The notes under the pieces were generated by a model that was not told where the DNA came from, did not search any database, and saw only the letters and a program-made list of their open reading frames with translations. The position numbers and the translations under genes were made by a program. A stretch of 64,000 nucleotides of DNA from Alphaproteobacteria bacterium (GTDB lineage Bacteria; Pseudomonadota; Alphaproteobacteria; MPNO01; UBA830), in assembly GCA_965243135.1 (NCBI GenBank), contig OZ251539.1, positions 5,184,001-5,248,000 of the forward strand, written 5' to 3'. This document shows, piece by piece, positions 50,680-61,295 of the stretch (position 1 is its first letter; each line of letters begins with the position of its first letter).

Positions 50680-51092
50680 GCGGCCTCGCCGGGCCGCCGC
50701 GGCGCTTTCGCAGGACTTGGGAGAGCGCGTTCGCGGACGGGCCGTTCCTGCCCGTGAGCGCTTTCGCCGGAAGCCGGCTTGCGCTCGGCGCGAATCGGAC
50801 ATCCGGCGCGGCCGAGGAGCCCGTCGACCGTCCACGCTCGGGCACCGTGGAGGGTCGCGGCGGTCGCGAACCGCCTCAAGCGCCGCGCGGCGCTCCAGGC
50901 GTTCGCCGAAATAGCCTGCAGCGGCGGCGCCTGAAAATCTTCCGCGCCCGGCGGCGTCACATCCCGAACGACGCGGTCCGCCGGGCACGCCGGCGTTGTC
51001 GGGGAGGCCGTCGCGCCCGGCTCGGCCGTTCGGGCTTCCGGGCGAGCGCCCGCAAGTTGTAGGATGGCGGCGACGTTGGCTGGAGGGCGCGC

Positions 51093-52157
51093 GTGGACGC
51101 TGGTTTCGCTTCGACGCGGGAAGAGGATCCCGCGCCCATCCAATTCGCCGGTCGGGCGAGCGAGTATTTCGGAATCTGGATCGCCAACGTCGCGTTGAGC
51201 ATCGTCACCATCGGCGTCTATTCGGCCTGGGCCAAGGTCCGCAGCCGCCGCTACTTCCTGGGGAACACGGTCGTTCTCGGCGACCGGATGGATTACCACG
51301 CGACGGGGACGGCGATCCTCAAGGGACGCATCCTGGCGGCGGTCGCGGTCGCCGCCTATTTCGCGCTCTACCATGCGGACCCCTGGGCGCCGGTCGCCGT
51401 TGCCGTCGGATTGCTGCCGGTTTATCCGTGGATCATCAATCGGTCCATGAAGTTCAACGCCCGCATGACCTCGTGGCGCAACGTCCGTTTCGACTGGCAC
51501 GGCGGGTATTGGGGCGTCGCGAAAATTTACTTCTTCTGGCCGTTGGTCTCCGCGCTTACGCTCGGCATCCTCGCGCCCGTGGCCGCCCGCCGCGTTCGCG
51601 AATACCTCGCCAATCACTACGCTTTCGGGCGCGAACGCTTCGCCGCCGCGACTCCGTTGCGTCCGTATTACAGCGCGTTCGCCAAGGCGGCGGCGCTCGG
51701 CATCGGAACGGCCGTGGTTGCCCTTGCCGCGGGGTTGGTCGCGGCGATGCAGATGGCCGCCCTTCGGAAGGCGGGGCTGGGGCCGTTCCCGACGGAAGGC
51801 GCCATCGTCGGACTCCTTCTGGGCGGACTGGTCACGTTCGTCCCGGCGACGTATTTCGGGATCGCCGCCCGAAACATTCTGGTCAACGCGCTGACCCTCG
51901 GCGAGGCCGCGCGGTTTCGTTCGGCGATCGTCCCGCTCCGGTACGTCTGGATTCTCTTCACCAATTTCCTCGCGGTCGTTTTCACCGCGACGCTGTTGTA
52001 TCCGTGGGCGCGGGTCCGGCGATACCGCTATCAGGCCGAATGCACCGCGGTCGCGCTCCTCGCCCCGGACGCCGCGTTTCTGGACGTCCGGACGCGCGCA
52101 GGGGGCGCCGCGGGCGAGGAGCTGGGCGCGATCGCGGGCGTCGAGATCGGATTGTGA
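51093..52157 (+). CDS. YjgN/DUF898 membrane protein
   Basis: FAGRASEYFGIWIANVALSIVTIGVYSAWAKVRSRRYF. Confidence 0.93.
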   Translation: MDAGFASTREEDPAPIQFAGRASEYFGIWIANVALSIVTIGVYSAWAKVRSRRYFLGNTVVLGDRMDYHATGTAILKGRILAAVAVAAYFALYHADPWAPVAVAVGLLPVYPWIINRSMKFNARMTSWRNVRFDWHGGYWGVAKIYFFWPLVSALTLGILAPVAARRVREYLANHYAFGRERFAAATPLRPYYSAFAKAAALGIGTAVVALAAGLVAAMQMAALRKAGLGPFPTEGAIVGLLLGGLVTFVPATYFGIAARNILVNALTLGEAARFRSAIVPLRYVWILFTNFLAVVFTATLLYPWARVRRYRYQAECTAVALLAPDAAFLDVRTRAGGAAGEELGAIAGVEIGL

Positions 52158-53158
52158 GAGTCCGGGGCCGCCTGTACGGTTCCGGGTCTTCGGAACGAAT
52201 CGAGGCGGTTTTGTCTCGCGAGGGAGACCGGTTTTTCCTGGTCGATTCGCAGGGAGAAACCGAAGTCGCGGTCGCCGGGGCCGGCGACCGCCTGCCCGGC
52301 GTTCCGCAATCGATAGAGCTGCGGGACGGGAGGCGCTTCGTTCCCTTCGCGCAACTGCCTTCGGGCTTCGCCGACGGCGTCGAATCCCGCGCGGCGAAGC
52401 GGATCGCCCGGCTGGAGCGGTTTTCGCCGGTCAAGGCGGTCGCCCTCGTCATCCTGCTCGTCCTTGGCGTTCTCGGATTGCGCGCCGCCGTTCCGTTCGC
52501 GGCCGATTTCGCCGTCGTCCTGATTCCCGAACATCTGGAAGCGGAAGTGGGAAGACAGGCGTTCGACAGAGCGGACGATCTGCTGTTTCGTCCGAGCGCC
52601 GTTCCGCCGGACCGGCGGAGGCGCATCGTCGACGCCGCGCGCACTCTCGCCCGGCGCAACGGCATCGACCCGATTCCGGAGATCCGTTTTCGCGGCGCGC
52701 CGGCGCTCGGCGCCAATGCGTTCGCGTTTCCGGGCGGTCCGGTGGCGGTTACCGACGAACTGGCCGATCTTCTCGGCGACGACGAATTGCTGGCCGTGAT
52801 CGCGCACGAGTTCGCCCACGTCGAAGAACGCCACGGACTGCGGCAGACCCTGCGGGTCGGCGGCCTGATTCTCGCCGTCTCGATGATCGCCGCCGGAGAC
52901 GCTTCGCTGATCGAGGAGGCGGCGGCGCTCGCCGTCTCCGCGGCGCGGTTCGGGTATTCCCGCCGGTTCGAACGCGACGCGGACGCGTCGGCCGCGCGAT
53001 TTCTGGAAACCGCGGGCCGTCGTCCCGACGATCTGGCGCGGGCTCTGGAGGCGCTGCAAAGGGCGTGCGGACGCGATTGCGAAGGGGACGGGGGCTGGTT
53101 CTCGACTCATCCCGCGATCGCGAGCCGCATCGACGCGCTGCGGGCGAAGGGGCGGTAG
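52154..53158 (+). CDS. M48 family metallopeptidase
   Basis: NAFAFPGG, HEFAH, YSRRFERDAD, FSTHP; usual partner of YjgN. Confidence 0.92.
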   Translation: MRVRGRLYGSGSSERIEAVLSREGDRFFLVDSQGETEVAVAGAGDRLPGVPQSIELRDGRRFVPFAQLPSGFADGVESRAAKRIARLERFSPVKAVALVILLVLGVLGLRAAVPFAADFAVVLIPEHLEAEVGRQAFDRADDLLFRPSAVPPDRRRRIVDAARTLARRNGIDPIPEIRFRGAPALGANAFAFPGGPVAVTDELADLLGDDELLAVIAHEFAHVEERHGLRQTLRVGGLILAVSMIAAGDASLIEEAAALAVSAARFGYSRRFERDADASAARFLETAGRRPDDLARALEALQRACGRDCEGDGGWFSTHPAIASRIDALRAKGR

Positions 53159-53163
53159 GCCGC

Positions 53164-53988
53164 CTACGCGCCGCGGCGCGCTTCCGCTCGGGCGAGCGTC
53201 CAGGCGCTGGCGAAGATGACCGACGCTCCCGCGACGGTCCAGGTGTCCGTGCTCTCCCCGAACAGAAACCATGCGGCCGCGGCCACGAGCGGCAGCCGCA
53301 GGTAGTCGAACGGAACGACGGCGCCCATGTCGGCCGCGGCGTAGGCGCGGGCGACGAACCACACCCCCGCGGTGCCGGCGACGCCGACGCCGACCAGGAG
53401 CGCGAGGTCGGCCGGGCCCGGCGCCACCCAGAAGAACGCGGCCGGGACCGCCGCCAGCGGACACATGATCAGGTTCACCCAGGCGGTCGCCGCCATCGGC
53501 GTATCCGTCGCCATGAGCTTTTTGATGCAGGCGTTCGATCCGGCGTAGGCGACGGAGCCCGCCAAGACGGCGGCCGCGCCGAAGCCAACCGCCTCGAAGC
53601 CCGGCCGCGCGATGATCAGCACCCCGACGAACCCGCCGAGCGTCGCCGCGAGGCGCAGGCCGCCGAATCGCTCGCCCAGCAGCGCGGCGGCGAGAACGAC
53701 GATGAAGATCGGTTGGGTGAAGCTCAACGCCACCACGTCGGCCAGAGGGATTTCGCCGATGCCGACGAACAGTCCCAGCATCCCGAAGAAAGCGAGGATC
53801 GCGCGCGCGAGGTGCAGGCCGGGCCGCCGGGTTCGGAGTCCCGAGATTCCGGTTCGCCGGAGCAGGGGCGCCAGCAGCGCCAGCCCGACGAGGGTGCGAA
53901 CGAACAGGATCTGGAAGGCGGCGTAGTCGGCGGAAAGCGTGCGCACGAAGACCATCATCGCGCTCCAGGACGCCACCGCGGCCAGCAT
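53164..53988 (-). CDS. DMT/EamA family transporter
   Basis: Multiple TM helices, FTQPIF...LGE, IIARPG, PFDYLRL; start uncertain. Confidence 0.88.
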   Translation of the reverse strand: MLAAVASWSAMMVFVRTLSADYAAFQILFVRTLVGLALLAPLLRRTGISGLRTRRPGLHLARAILAFFGMLGLFVGIGEIPLADVVALSFTQPIFIVVLAAALLGERFGGLRLAATLGGFVGVLIIARPGFEAVGFGAAAVLAGSVAYAGSNACIKKLMATDTPMAATAWVNLIMCPLAAVPAAFFWVAPGPADLALLVGVGVAGTAGVWFVARAYAAADMGAVVPFDYLRLPLVAAAAWFLFGESTDTWTVAGASVIFASAWTLARAEARRGA

Positions 53989-54078
53989 GAAGCCGATGCC
54001 GCGGAGGACGTGCCGCGGGGTGGCGCGCCCGTTCCGCCCGCCGGGGTCTCCGCCTTTTCCGGGTTGCGTCGCTTCGCC

Positions 54079-54705
54079 TCAGTGCAGTCCGATATCGATG
54101 ACGCTCTTCCGGAACGCGGGGCGCTCGCAGAGGGCGTCGTACCAGCGCTTGAGGTTCGGATAGTCCTCGCGCTCGATGTCGAGGTTGAACCAGCGATGCG
54201 TGAAGGGCGCGGCGGGGATGTCTCCGGCCCCGAAAGCGTCGCCCGACAGGAAGGCGTGGTCCGCGAGCCAGGATTCGAGCACGGCGTTCGCCTTGGCCCA
54301 CTGGATGCGGGACTCCGCGATGCGGGCATGGTCGCGTTTCGCCTCGGGCGTGCGGATCAGGCCCTGGTAGACCGGAACGTGCCGGCCCGCGAGCGTGGAT
54401 ATGGCCCAGTCCATCCATCTTCCGGCGCTGGCGCGGAGCCGGAGGTCCTCGGGCCAGTAGGGCGTGCCGGCCGCATGCTTTTCGGCCAGATAGCGGACGA
54501 TCGAGTTCGATTCCCAGAGGACGAAGCCGTCGTCGTCGATGGTCGGCACGACGCCGTTGGGATTGAGCGCAAGGTATTCAGGCTTGTCGTTGCCGCCGAA
54601 CGGTCCGCCGACGTCCGCGCGCTCGAACGGCACCGCCAGTTCGTTGCACAGCCAGACGACCTTCTGCACGTTGGAGGACGTGGCGCGTCCCAGAATTTTC
54701 AGCAT
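54079..54705 (-). CDS. Glutathione S-transferase (GstB/YliJ-like)
   Basis: SSNVQKV, LNPNGVVP, LWESNSIVRYL. Confidence 0.95.
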   Translation of the reverse strand: MLKILGRATSSNVQKVVWLCNELAVPFERADVGGPFGGNDKPEYLALNPNGVVPTIDDDGFVLWESNSIVRYLAEKHAAGTPYWPEDLRLRASAGRWMDWAISTLAGRHVPVYQGLIRTPEAKRDHARIAESRIQWAKANAVLESWLADHAFLSGDAFGAGDIPAAPFTHRWFNLDIEREDYPNLKRWYDALCERPAFRKSVIDIGLH

Positions 54706-54757
54706 CGCGGTGTCTCCCGTCAGTTTCGCGCGTCGATAGCGCGGATTCGCGCGCCGC

Positions 54758-55954
54758 TCAATCGAGCTGGAGGAACAGGCACTTCAGATAAGCGCTTTCC
54801 GGCAGGTGCGGATGGACCGGGTGATCGGGCCCCGCGCCGCCGGCGTGCAGGATTCGGCCCGCGCGTCCGGCGTCGCGAAGGCCCCGCCGGACCTGTTCGC
54901 CGAAGAGGGCGGCGTCCACGTGATGCGAGCAGGACGCGATGCAGAGGACGCCGTCCGGCGCGACCACCGAAGCGGCGAGCCGGGCCAGCTTCCGGTAGCC
55001 GCGCGCGCCGGGCTTCAGATCCTTCCTGGCCTTGACGAAGGCCGGAGGGTCGGCGGCGACGACGTCGAATCGCTCTCCGGCGAGGCTCGCCAGAGCGGAG
55101 AACGCCTCCGCCTTCTCGAAGCGGCATCGATCCGCCAGCCCGGCGGTCTCGGCGGCGCGGGCGGCGAGGTCGAGCGCCGGCGCGGAACGGTCGATGCAGA
55201 GGACGTCGGACGCGCCCGCGGCGGCGGCCTGAATGCCGAAGCCGCCGAGGTAGCAATAGAGATCGAGCATCCGGAGATTGCCGGCCAGGCGGGCGGCGCG
55301 GGCGCGGTTCTCCCGGTGGTCGAAGAACCAGCCGGTTTTCTGGCCGCCGGCCGGGTCCGCCAGGAAAGCGACGCCGTTTTCGACGATTTCCGCGGCCGCC
55401 GGCGCGTCGCCGAGGATTTCCGCGGCCGCCTCGTCGAGTCCTTCGAGGGCGCGGCCGCCGCCGTCGCGCCGCAGCACGATGCCCGCCGGCGCGAGAACCG
55501 ATCGAAGCGCGCCGACGATCTCGCCGGCCAGGCGATCCATGCCTGCCGCGTTGAGCTGCGCGACGCAGAGGTCGCCGTAGCGGTCGACGATCAGGCCCGG
55601 GAGGCCGTCCGCTTCCGCATGGATCAGGCGATAGAACGGGCGGTCGTACAGGCGGTCGCGCAACGCGCGCGCGCGTTCCATTCGCGCCGCGATCCACGCG
55701 ACGTCGATCGCTTCGCCGACCGTTCGCGTCAGCACGCGCGCGCTGACGAGCGGCCTGGGGTTGAACAGGGCGGTGCCGACGGCTCCTCCGCCCGCGTCCT
55801 CGAGCGTGATCACCGAACCGGGCGGAAGCGCTTTCGCCGCGGAGGTCATCTGGATTTCGTTGGAATACGCCCACGGATGCCCGCCGCGAACGCGCCTTCC
55901 GCGTCCGGGCAGGATTCTGACGACGGGCCGCGCGCCCTCGGAGATCGCGTTCAT
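54758..55954 (-). CDS. RlmI-family class I SAM-dependent rRNA methyltransferase
   Basis: GHPWAYSNE PUA domain, EADGLPGL.VDRY, GQKTGWFFDHR, DPPAF. Confidence 0.92.
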   Translation of the reverse strand: MNAISEGARPVVRILPGRGRRVRGGHPWAYSNEIQMTSAAKALPPGSVITLEDAGGGAVGTALFNPRPLVSARVLTRTVGEAIDVAWIAARMERARALRDRLYDRPFYRLIHAEADGLPGLIVDRYGDLCVAQLNAAGMDRLAGEIVGALRSVLAPAGIVLRRDGGGRALEGLDEAAAEILGDAPAAAEIVENGVAFLADPAGGQKTGWFFDHRENRARAARLAGNLRMLDLYCYLGGFGIQAAAAGASDVLCIDRSAPALDLAARAAETAGLADRCRFEKAEAFSALASLAGERFDVVAADPPAFVKARKDLKPGARGYRKLARLAASVVAPDGVLCIASCSHHVDAALFGEQVRRGLRDAGRAGRILHAGGAGPDHPVHPHLPESAYLKCLFLQLD

Positions 55955-56019
55955 GGCGCGGAGTCTAACGCTTCGGCGGCGGGATTTCCCGTCCCGGCGG
56001 CGCGCGTCCGGAAATTCCG

Positions 56020-56871
56020 TCAGGGCGGCCCGCGGTTTTCGCGGACGGTGCTGTAGTAGCCGGCCGCGAAAATGATCAGGGCGCCGAGGCCGGTCCAGAG
56101 GTCGAGGGTTTCCGAGAAGAGAAGCCATCCCAGGGCGACCGAGAACGGCAACCGCATGAAGTCGAACGCGATGACGAAGGTCGCGTCGGCTTCGGCCAGC
56201 GAGCGGGTGATGCAGTAATGAGTCGCGTAACCGGTGACGCCGAGGCCGACGATCGCCGGCAGGTCGGCGGCCTCCGGCGTTCGCCAGGCGGCGAACGCCG
56301 GCAGCGCCGAGTAAAGAAGTATGGTGACGCTCATGTAGAACACCACCGTGCTTCCCGATTCCGTGTCCGAGAGGCGTTTCGTCGCGACATGCGCGCAGGA
56401 GTACAGAAACGCGGCGAGCAGAACGAGCAGCGTGCCGGCGTTCAGGGGAATGAGGCCCGGCCGGATGATGGCGACGGCGCCCGCGAAGCCGGCGGCGACG
56501 GCGACGGCGCGATGGCCCCCGAACCGTTCGCCCAGGAAGGCGGCGGCGATCATGGCGGTGAAGAGCGGCGACGTGAACTGAAGGGCGGCCACGTCGGCCA
56601 GCGACACCATGGTCACGCCGTAGAACCAGGCGACGTTGCCGCCGTAGAGGAACGCGTTCCGGAGCGCGTGCGCGCCGAGCCGTTTCGTGCGGAACACGGC
56701 CGCGCCCTGGCGCATCAGCGAAGGCGCCATCAGGATCAGGTTGATCGCGTTGCGCAGGAATATCAGCAGCAGCACCGAGTAAAGGGGCAGGTACCGGATG
56801 CAGACCGCCATCGCCGTCAGCGCGGCGGCGGCGGCGATCATCCAGAACGCGCCTTTCGCGGCCGCGGTCAT
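56020..56871 (-). CDS. DMT/EamA family transporter
   Basis: FTSPLF...FLGE, IIRPG, FDFMRLP. Confidence 0.9.
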   Translation of the reverse strand: MTAAAKGAFWMIAAAAALTAMAVCIRYLPLYSVLLLIFLRNAINLILMAPSLMRQGAAVFRTKRLGAHALRNAFLYGGNVAWFYGVTMVSLADVAALQFTSPLFTAMIAAAFLGERFGGHRAVAVAAGFAGAVAIIRPGLIPLNAGTLLVLLAAFLYSCAHVATKRLSDTESGSTVVFYMSVTILLYSALPAFAAWRTPEAADLPAIVGLGVTGYATHYCITRSLAEADATFVIAFDFMRLPFSVALGWLLFSETLDLWTGLGALIIFAAGYYSTVRENRGPP

Positions 56872-56985
56872 CGCGGAAATACGCGCCGGGCCGCCCGACG
56901 CCGGGGGCGGCGCAGGAAATCCTTTCGCACCCGCAAAAAAAAGAGTAGAACGGACGTCGCAGGCACGGCTCGCGGAGGGCGTTTC

Positions 56986-57834
56986 ATGGGCTCCCCAAGC
57001 AGGATCAAGCGCATTACAGCGCCGGAACTGGCGGCGCGCAAGGGCGGCGATCCCGTCGTCGTTCTGACCGCCTACACCGCTCCGGCGGCACGGATACTCG
57101 ACGAGCACGTCGACTGCCTGCTCGTCGGCGATTCGCTCGGCATGGTGCTGTACGGGCTGGAAAACACGCTGGCGGTCACGCTGGAAATGATGATCGCGCA
57201 CGGCGCCGCGGTGGCGCGCGGCGGGCGGCGCGCTTGCGTCGTCGTCGACATGCCGTTCGGGTCGTACCAGGAATCGCCCGAACTGGCGTATCGCAACGCC
57301 GCCCGGATCATGCGGGAAACCGGTTGCGACGGCGTCAAGCTGGAAGCGGGCGCGACGCTGGCGTCGACGGTCTCGTTTCTTGTGCAGCGCGGCATACCGG
57401 TCATGGGACATGTCGGGCTGATGCCGCAGTCGGTCAACTCGTACGGCGGTTTCCGCGTTCAGGGAAAGAGCGGCGAGGCCGCCCGCCAGGTCATCGACGA
57501 CGCCCGCGCCGTGGCCGACGCGGGCGCGTTCGCGATCGTCGTCGAGGGCGTCATGGAGCCCGTCGCGCGCGAGATCACGGCCTGCGTTCCGGCGCCCACG
57601 ATCGGGATCGGCGCTTCGGCGGCCTGCGACGGGCAGGTGCTGGTGACCGAGGACCTCGCGGGGCTTTTCGGCGAGTTCACGCCCCGGTTCGTCAAGCGAT
57701 ACGCCGAACTCGGAGCCGAACTCGGCCGGGCCGCCGCCGCCTACGCCGACGACGTCCGGGCGCGGCGCTTTCCCGGTCCAGAGCATTGTTTCGGCGCGAC
57801 CGCCGGTGCGGAGGTGCGCCGGCTCACGTCCTGA
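56986..57834 (+). CDS. panB: 3-methyl-2-oxobutanoate hydroxymethyltransferase
   Basis: [36 protein letters not shown]. Confidence 0.97.
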   Translation: MGSPSRIKRITAPELAARKGGDPVVVLTAYTAPAARILDEHVDCLLVGDSLGMVLYGLENTLAVTLEMMIAHGAAVARGGRRACVVVDMPFGSYQESPELAYRNAARIMRETGCDGVKLEAGATLASTVSFLVQRGIPVMGHVGLMPQSVNSYGGFRVQGKSGEAARQVIDDARAVADAGAFAIVVEGVMEPVAREITACVPAPTIGIGASAACDGQVLVTEDLAGLFGEFTPRFVKRYAELGAELGRAAAAYADDVRARRFPGPEHCFGATAGAEVRRLTS

Positions 57835-57841
57835 CGGCCCG

Positions 57842-58702
57842 GTGCCGCCGGTCGTCCGCACCGCGGCGAGTCTCGCGGACGCTCTCGGAGGAGCCGACGG
57901 CGGCGTCGGACTGGTTCCCACCATGGGCGCGCTGCACGACGGTCATCTGGCGCTGGTGCGCAGGGCGCGCCGGGAATGCGGCGTCGTGGTCGCGAGCCTG
58001 TTCGTCAACCCCACCCAGTTCGGCGCGGGCGAGGATTTCGAGCGGTATCCGCGGGACGAGGAACGCGACCTGCGGCTGTTCGGGGAGAACGGCGTCGACG
58101 TCGTCTATGCACCGACGGCGGAGGAAATGTATCCCGAGGGGCCGGCGGTTTCGGTCAAGGCCTCCGAACTCGCGCAGGGGTTGTGCGGCGCGGTTCGACC
58201 CGGGCATTTCGACGGGGTCGCGACCGTGGTCGCGCGCCTGTTCGCGCATTGCGCGCCGGACCGGGCTTATTTCGGGGAGAAGGACTACCAGCAACTGAAG
58301 GTGATCGAGCGGCTGGCGTCCGACCTCGATCTCGGCGTCGGCATCGTCGGCGTGCCCACGGTGCGCGAGGCGGACGGCCTCGCGCTGTCGTCGCGCAACG
58401 CCTACCTCGATCCCGACCGCCGCCGCGTCGCGCCGGCGTTGCACGCCGCCCTGCGCGCGGCCGCGGCACGCCTCGGCCCGGACTCCGAGCCGGCCGCGCT
58501 TTGCCGTCAGGGAGAGCGGGCGTTGCTCGACGCGGGCTTCGACCGGGTGGACTATTTCGAGATCCGGGATTCCCAGACCCTTGCGCCGGCGGGCCGCTGG
58601 CGACGCGGGTTGCGCGTCTTCGCGGCGGCCCGGCTGGGAGCGACGCGCCTGATAGACAACGTGCCGGCGGACCGCCCGGCCGAAAGCGCCGCCTCAGGAT
58701 AA
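57842..58702 (+). CDS. panC: Pantoate--beta-alanine ligase
   Basis: VPTMGALHDGH, FVNPTQF, FGEKDYQQ, DGLALSSRN, RLIDN. Confidence 0.97.
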   Translation: MPPVVRTAASLADALGGADGGVGLVPTMGALHDGHLALVRRARRECGVVVASLFVNPTQFGAGEDFERYPRDEERDLRLFGENGVDVVYAPTAEEMYPEGPAVSVKASELAQGLCGAVRPGHFDGVATVVARLFAHCAPDRAYFGEKDYQQLKVIERLASDLDLGVGIVGVPTVREADGLALSSRNAYLDPDRRRVAPALHAALRAAAARLGPDSEPAALCRQGERALLDAGFDRVDYFEIRDSQTLAPAGRWRRGLRVFAAARLGATRLIDNVPADRPAESAASG

Positions 58703-58873
58703 ACCGGCCGGAGCGGAGGGACTTCGGCGGCCGGCCGCCCGCAGGAAGCGGCGCGCCACCCGTCTTCCGCCGGAAAGGCGAGGCGTCCCGGACGCCCGCC
58801 GTTTGCCGCCGCGCGGCCAAGATTCGTTCCCAGGTCTGGTGTAGGATGCGGCTCGGTCGAACGGGAGGCGCGC

Positions 58874-59551
58874 ATGTTCTACGAAACCGCCAAAAACGAT
58901 CACGGACTGCCCTACAATCCTTACAAGTCGATCGTCGTGCCTCGCCCGATCGGCTGGATCACTACGCTGGACGAAAACGGCGTCGTGAATCTCGCTCCTT
59001 ACAGCCAGTTCAACAATCTTGGCTACGATCCGCCCTACGTGATGTTCTCGTCGGGACCGCGCTTCGAGGACGGCGGTCCCAAGGACAGCGCGAGAAACGC
59101 GCTCTTGACGGGCGAGTTCGTCTGCAACATGGCAACCTGGGAACTGCGCCACGCGGTGGCCCGGACGGCGCGGATGGTCGCGCCGGACGTGGACGAAGCG
59201 GAAATGGCCGGGCTCGAGATGGCGCCGTCCCGGCTCGTCGCGCCGCCGCGGGTCGCGGCGTCGCCCGTGCATCTGGAGTGCCGCTATCATGCGACGCTCA
59301 CCCTGCCGGGCAATTCGAAGGCCAACCTGGTCTACGTCGTGGTCGGCGAGGTGCTGGGCGTGCACATCGCCGACGAGGTCGTCACCGACGAGGGAAAGAT
59401 CGACATACTGAAATGCAGGCCGATCGCCCGGATGGGATATTTCGACTACACGTCGGTCGAGTCGGCGTTCGAGATCGCGCCGGACGGTCCGCACGTGGAG
59501 CAGTTCAGGCGCGGGCTGGAAGGGCGGGCGCGCGGCAAGGCCGGGGCGTGA
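58874..59551 (+). CDS. Flavin reductase family protein
   Basis: VVPRPIGWI, NLAPYS, KDSARN...TGEFV, SPVHLEC. Confidence 0.93.
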   Translation: MFYETAKNDHGLPYNPYKSIVVPRPIGWITTLDENGVVNLAPYSQFNNLGYDPPYVMFSSGPRFEDGGPKDSARNALLTGEFVCNMATWELRHAVARTARMVAPDVDEAEMAGLEMAPSRLVAPPRVAASPVHLECRYHATLTLPGNSKANLVYVVVGEVLGVHIADEVVTDEGKIDILKCRPIARMGYFDYTSVESAFEIAPDGPHVEQFRRGLEGRARGKAGA

Positions 59552-59595
59552 CCCGCGGAAACCGTCCTCAGACTGGTTCCCAAGGCACGGAAGTC

Positions 59596-59830
59596 GTGAG
59601 CGTTCGGTCGTGGAGCGACGGTCTATTCGTTGGGAATCCGCTTCCGGTCCCGTCGCGGGGGCTTCAGCATCCTTGACCGGGAGAGCGCGTTCGTTCCGCA
59701 GGTCGAACTTGCCGCGGCCCCGTGTCACGCTCACCTTGCTGACGGCCCGGTAGCAGCTTCCCTCGAGCCGAGGAGACTCGTAGAAGGTCTTGAGCAAGAC
59801 GGGCCGCAACCCGGTTTCCGGTTGCGGCGG
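59596..59830 (-). mobile_element. Degenerate IS66-type end plus DUF4338 C-terminal fragment
   Basis: GTGAGCGTTCGGTCGT...; homologous to 61269-61480 (PVLLKTFYESPRLEGSCYRA...TRGRGK...LPVKD). Confidence 0.8.
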
Positions 59831-59989
59831 CGAACTTCCGGTACGGCGTCCCGGTTGCGCGGACGGCGTTCGCGAAGTCGCCGGGAAACGCACTCCGTGC
59901 GCTCTCGCGCGAAATGGATGCGAACGACGGCACCGGGATCCGCACAACGGACTTCAACGCCGCGGCTTCCGTTCGGACGCCGCATGGTT

Positions 59990-60340
59990 GCAGACGCTTC
60001 CAAACGTGAAAGACGAGCATGCGCGCATCGGCGCCGAAGACGGCGAGGCCGTCGAAGAAGCGGAGGAGGGTGCCAAGCTGCGGCTCAAGGCCTGGGACCG
60101 GGGGCGCAGCGGCAATCTGGGCCGGGAAGGGCCGGACGGATACCCGGCGTCCCTGATCGACCGAACGCACAAGCTGATGCAGCTCCGGCGCGCGGGCGAG
60201 CAGGCGAAAGTCGACGACTACATAGAGGCCCGCGGACTCAAGCGCGATGCCCTGTTCCACCGGATCCTGCAGGTTCTGCTGGCCGACGCCCGTTTCGACG
60301 AACGCGCCGAATCCCCGAGCAACCACCTCGCCGCGCCCCG
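59990..60340 (+). pseudogene. C-terminal fragment of a DUF1156-type DNA methyltransferase
   Basis: GAKLRLKAW...LIDRTHKLMQL..AGE..KVDDYIEARGL....LFHRILQ...SNH, recognised from memory of the family. Confidence 0.55.
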
Positions 60341-60420
60341 CGGCCATCGCCGTGTCTTGCCAAACGGACCCGCCCGCCTATGATGATGGCAATGAAGACG
60401 TTTCATTGGAGGCGCGCGCC

Positions 60421-60651
60421 ATGGCGCAGTTGACGGTGCGAAAGGTGAGCGATGAGGTGGTCGGCGCGCTCAAGCGCAGGGCCGCCGCGCACGGACGGTC
60501 CGCCGAGGCCGAACACAGGAACATTCTGCGCGCGTCGCTTTTCGGGGCGGAGGAGGATTTCGCCGCGCGCGCCGAAGCGCTGCGGCGGCGGCTGCGCTCT
60601 TCCATCGACAGCGCGGAAACGATCCGGGCCGACCGGGACGGCTTGGCGTGA
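60421..60651 (+). CDS. FitA-like ribbon-helix-helix antitoxin
   Basis: MAQLTVRKVSDEVVGALKRRAAAHGRSAEAEHRNIL. Confidence 0.92.
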   Translation: MAQLTVRKVSDEVVGALKRRAAAHGRSAEAEHRNILRASLFGAEEDFAARAEALRRRLRSSIDSAETIRADRDGLA

Positions 60652-61088
60652 CGGGCCATGTGGTCGATGCCAGCGTCGTTGTGAAATGGCTGGTGACGGA
60701 GAAATTCTCCGACGAGGCGGCCCGTCTTCTGACGGGCGGGTCGACGCCCGCGGCGCCCGAACTCGTCTTCGCCGAGGCTGCCAACGCGCTGTGGGCGCTG
60801 CGGCGTCGGGGCGATATCTCCGGTGACGACATGGCGGCGGCGGTGGATGCGCTGAAGGCGGCACCGCTCGCGGTCCCCTTCTCCATGCCCCAGCTCACGG
60901 CCGCCGCCGCAGGGCTCGCCGCGGACATCGACCACCCGGTGTACGACTGCCTCGCCTTGGCGATTCAGACGGGGTATCCGGTGGTGACCGCCGACGCGCG
61001 GTTCCACGACAAGGTGCGCGCCCATCCCTATCTATCGGATCGTATCCTGCACGTGGCGCACGCCGCGCCGGATGGCCCGGTAGGTTGA
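60648..61088 (+). CDS. VapC/PIN toxin
   Basis: VVDASVVVKW, APEL..AEAAN, VYD, VTAD; GTGA overlap. Confidence 0.9.
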   Translation: MTGHVVDASVVVKWLVTEKFSDEAARLLTGGSTPAAPELVFAEAANALWALRRRGDISGDDMAAAVDALKAAPLAVPFSMPQLTAAAAGLAADIDHPVYDCLALAIQTGYPVVTADARFHDKVRAHPYLSDRILHVAHAAPDGPVG

Positions 61089-61098
61089 GGGGAGACCG

Positions 61099-61242
61099 TT
61101 GATTACCTCGATTCCCCTCGTGAACTTCAAGAACTTTGCCGACGAGACGCTGCGCCTCGGGCCGTTCACCGTGACCGTCGGCGCGGACGCTAGCGGCAAA
61201 AGCAACATCAAGGCGAATTCATTCTTCACCATAACCCGATGA
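61099..61242 (+). pseudogene. N-terminal stub of an AAA_21/SMC-like ATPase
   Basis: LITSI.LVNFKNF...LGPFTV.VGADASGKSNI, then an immediate end. Confidence 0.75.
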
Positions 61243-61295
61243 TAATGAAAGGGAAAGGCCGTTCAAGAGTAAGCGTTCGCTCGTAAAGTGACGGT

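Noticed and set aside
47353-50988. Long antisense or alternate-frame ORFs (this one, 20255-23338, 39459-42035, 6247-8592 and others)
   Set aside because: Shadow ORFs of real genes in high-GC DNA; Arg/Pro/Ala-rich with no motifs
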